Below, piece by piece: positions 62,130 through 64,000 of a stretch of 64,000 nt of DNA. The DNA comes from Octopus sinensis (lineage: Eukaryota). The translations under genes and the position numbers were made by a program. The notes below the pieces were generated by a model that ran no database searches, was not told the DNA's origin, and was given only the letters and a program-made list of their open reading frames with translations. Every line of letters starts with the position of its first letter. The stretch's first letter is position 1. Where the stretch lies: the NCBI RefSeq assembly GCF_006345805.1, contig NC_042997.1, forward strand, positions 115,692,001 through 115,756,000, written 5' to 3'.

Positions 62130-64000
62130 TTCTTTTCTACTCTAGGCACAAGGCCCTAAATTTTGGGGGAGGGAACCAGTCGATTACACATCGACCCCAG
62201 TAGGTAACTGGTACTTAAATTATCGACCCCGAAAGGACGAGAGGCAAAATCGACTTCGGCGGAATTTGAACTAAGAACGTAAAGACAGACGAAATACCTA
62301 TTTCTTTACTACCCACAAGGGACTAAACACAGAGGAGACAAACAAGGACAGACAGACGGATTAAGTCGATTACATCGACCCCAGTGCGTAACTGGTACTT
62401 ATTTAATCGACTCCGAAAGGATAAAAGGCAAAGTCGACCTCGGCGGAATTTGAACTCAGAACGTAGCGGCGGACGAAATACCTATTTCTTTACTACCCAC
62501 AAGGAGCTAAACACAGAGGAGACAAACAAGGACAGACAGACGGATTAAGTCGATTACATCGACCCCAGTGCGTAACTGGTATTTATTTAATTGACCCCGA
62601 AAGGATAAAAGGCAAAGTCGACCTCGGCGGAATTTGAACTCAGAACGTCGCGGCGGATGAAATACCTATTTCTTTACTACCCACAAGGGACTAAACACAG
62701 AGGAGACAAACTAGGACAGACAGACGGATTAAGTCGATTACATCGACCCCAGTGCGTAACTGGTATTTATTTAATTGACCCCGAAAGGATAAAAGGCAAA
62801 GTCGACCTCGGGGGAATTTGAACTCAGAACGTAGCGGCGGATGAAATACCTATTTCTTACTACCCACAAGGAGCTAAACACAGAGGAGACAAACAAGGAC
62901 AGACAGACGGATTAAGTCGATTACATCGACCCCAGTGCGTAACTGGTATTTATTTAATTGACCCCGAAAGGATAAAAGGCAAAGTCGACCTCGGCGGAAT
63001 TTGAACTCAGAACGTAGCGGCGGACGAAATACCTATTTCTTTACTACCCACAAGGAGCTAAACACAGAGGAGACAAACAAGGACAGACAGACGGATTAAG
63101 TCGATTACATCGACCCCAGTGCGTAACTGGTATTTATTTATTGACCCCGAAAGGATAAAAGGCAAAGTCGACCTCGGCGGAATTTGAACTCAGAACGTCG
63201 CGGCGGATGAAATACCTATTTCTTTACTACCCACAAGGGACTAAACACAGAGGAGACAAACTAGGACAGACAGACGGATTAAGTCGATTACATCGACCCC
63301 AGTGCGTAACTGGTATTTATTTATTGACCCCGAAAGGATAAAAGGCAAAGTCGACCTCGGGGGAATTTGAACTCAGAACGTAGCGGCGGATGAAATACCT
63401 ATTTCTTTACTACCCACAAGGAGCTAAACACAGAGGAGACAAACAAGGACAGACAGACGGATTAAGTCGATTACATCGACCCCAGTGCGTAACTGGTATT
63501 TATTTAATTGACCCCGAAAGGATAAAAGGCAAAGTCGACCTCGGCGGAATTTGAACTCAGAACGTAGCGGTGGATGAAATACCTATTTCTTTACTACTCA
63601 CAAGGAGCTAAACACAGAGGAGACAAACAAGGACAGACAGACGGATTAAGTCGATTACATCGACCCCAGTGCGTAACTGGTATTTATTTAATTGACCCCG
63701 AAAGGATAAAAGGCAAAGTCGACCTCAGAAAAATTTGAACTCAGAACGTAGCGGCGGATGAAATACCTATTTCTTTACTACCCACAAGGAGCTAAACACA
63801 GAGGAGACAAACAAGGACAGACAGACGGATTAAGTCGATTACATCGACCCCAGTGCGTAACTGGTATTTATTTAATTGACCCCGAAAGGATAAAAGGCAA
63901 AGTCGACCTCGGCGGAATTTGAACTCAGAACGTCGCGGCGGATGAAATACCTATTTCTTTACTACCCACAAGGGACTAAACACAGAGGAGACAAACAAGG
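62130..64000 (-). repeat. 184-bp tandem satellite made from the SINE family 2 body + tail A, open at the window end
   Basis: GAAATACCTATTTC recurs at 62291, 62475, 62659, 62843, 63026, 63209, 63392, 63576, 63760 and 63944. The terminal unit at 62130-62290 carries tail B. Confidence 0.95.

Noticed and set aside
62291-64000. Regular array considered as CRISPR
   Set aside because: Units are near-identical over their full 184 bp with no unique spacers, no cas genes, and the DNA is eukaryotic.

Overview
Eukaryotic, AT-rich, repeat-saturated DNA. It is most likely an octopus (cephalopod) genome; this is inferred from the SINE families and microsatellite load and was not confirmed by a search. No host protein-coding gene is visible, and nearly all listed ORFs are microsatellite or SINE read-through. 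(1) 1-22 kb holds a proline-only tRNA cluster: 12 intact-looking genes covering the AGG, TGG and CGG anticodons plus 7 relics, expanded by local duplication. (2) At least four tRNA-derived SINE families, hAT-type MITEs and very many (TA)n/(TG)n/(TATG)n/(TAA)n tracts occur throughout. (3) Main finding: six loci between 22.8 and 52.3 kb are built from ~470-490 bp units. The unit families encode type I hammerhead ribozymes, with compensatory base changes between families A and B (retrozyme-like). Each locus is a two-armed fold-back at (TA)n or short TA-rich sequence. In all six, ribozyme sense points outward from a scarred central junction, and the two arms start at two different, positionally conserved points of the unit. 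This fits reverse transcription primed from both ends of a break on a circular or multimeric RNA (inference). (4) A TSD-flanked, ORF1-only (CCHC knuckle) non-LTR element sits inside one array and shares its 3' tail with a SINE family. (5) That SINE forms a 184-bp satellite running off the window end. Indel noise between repeat copies suggests a long-read assembly, so single-base details and copy numbers need read-level checks.
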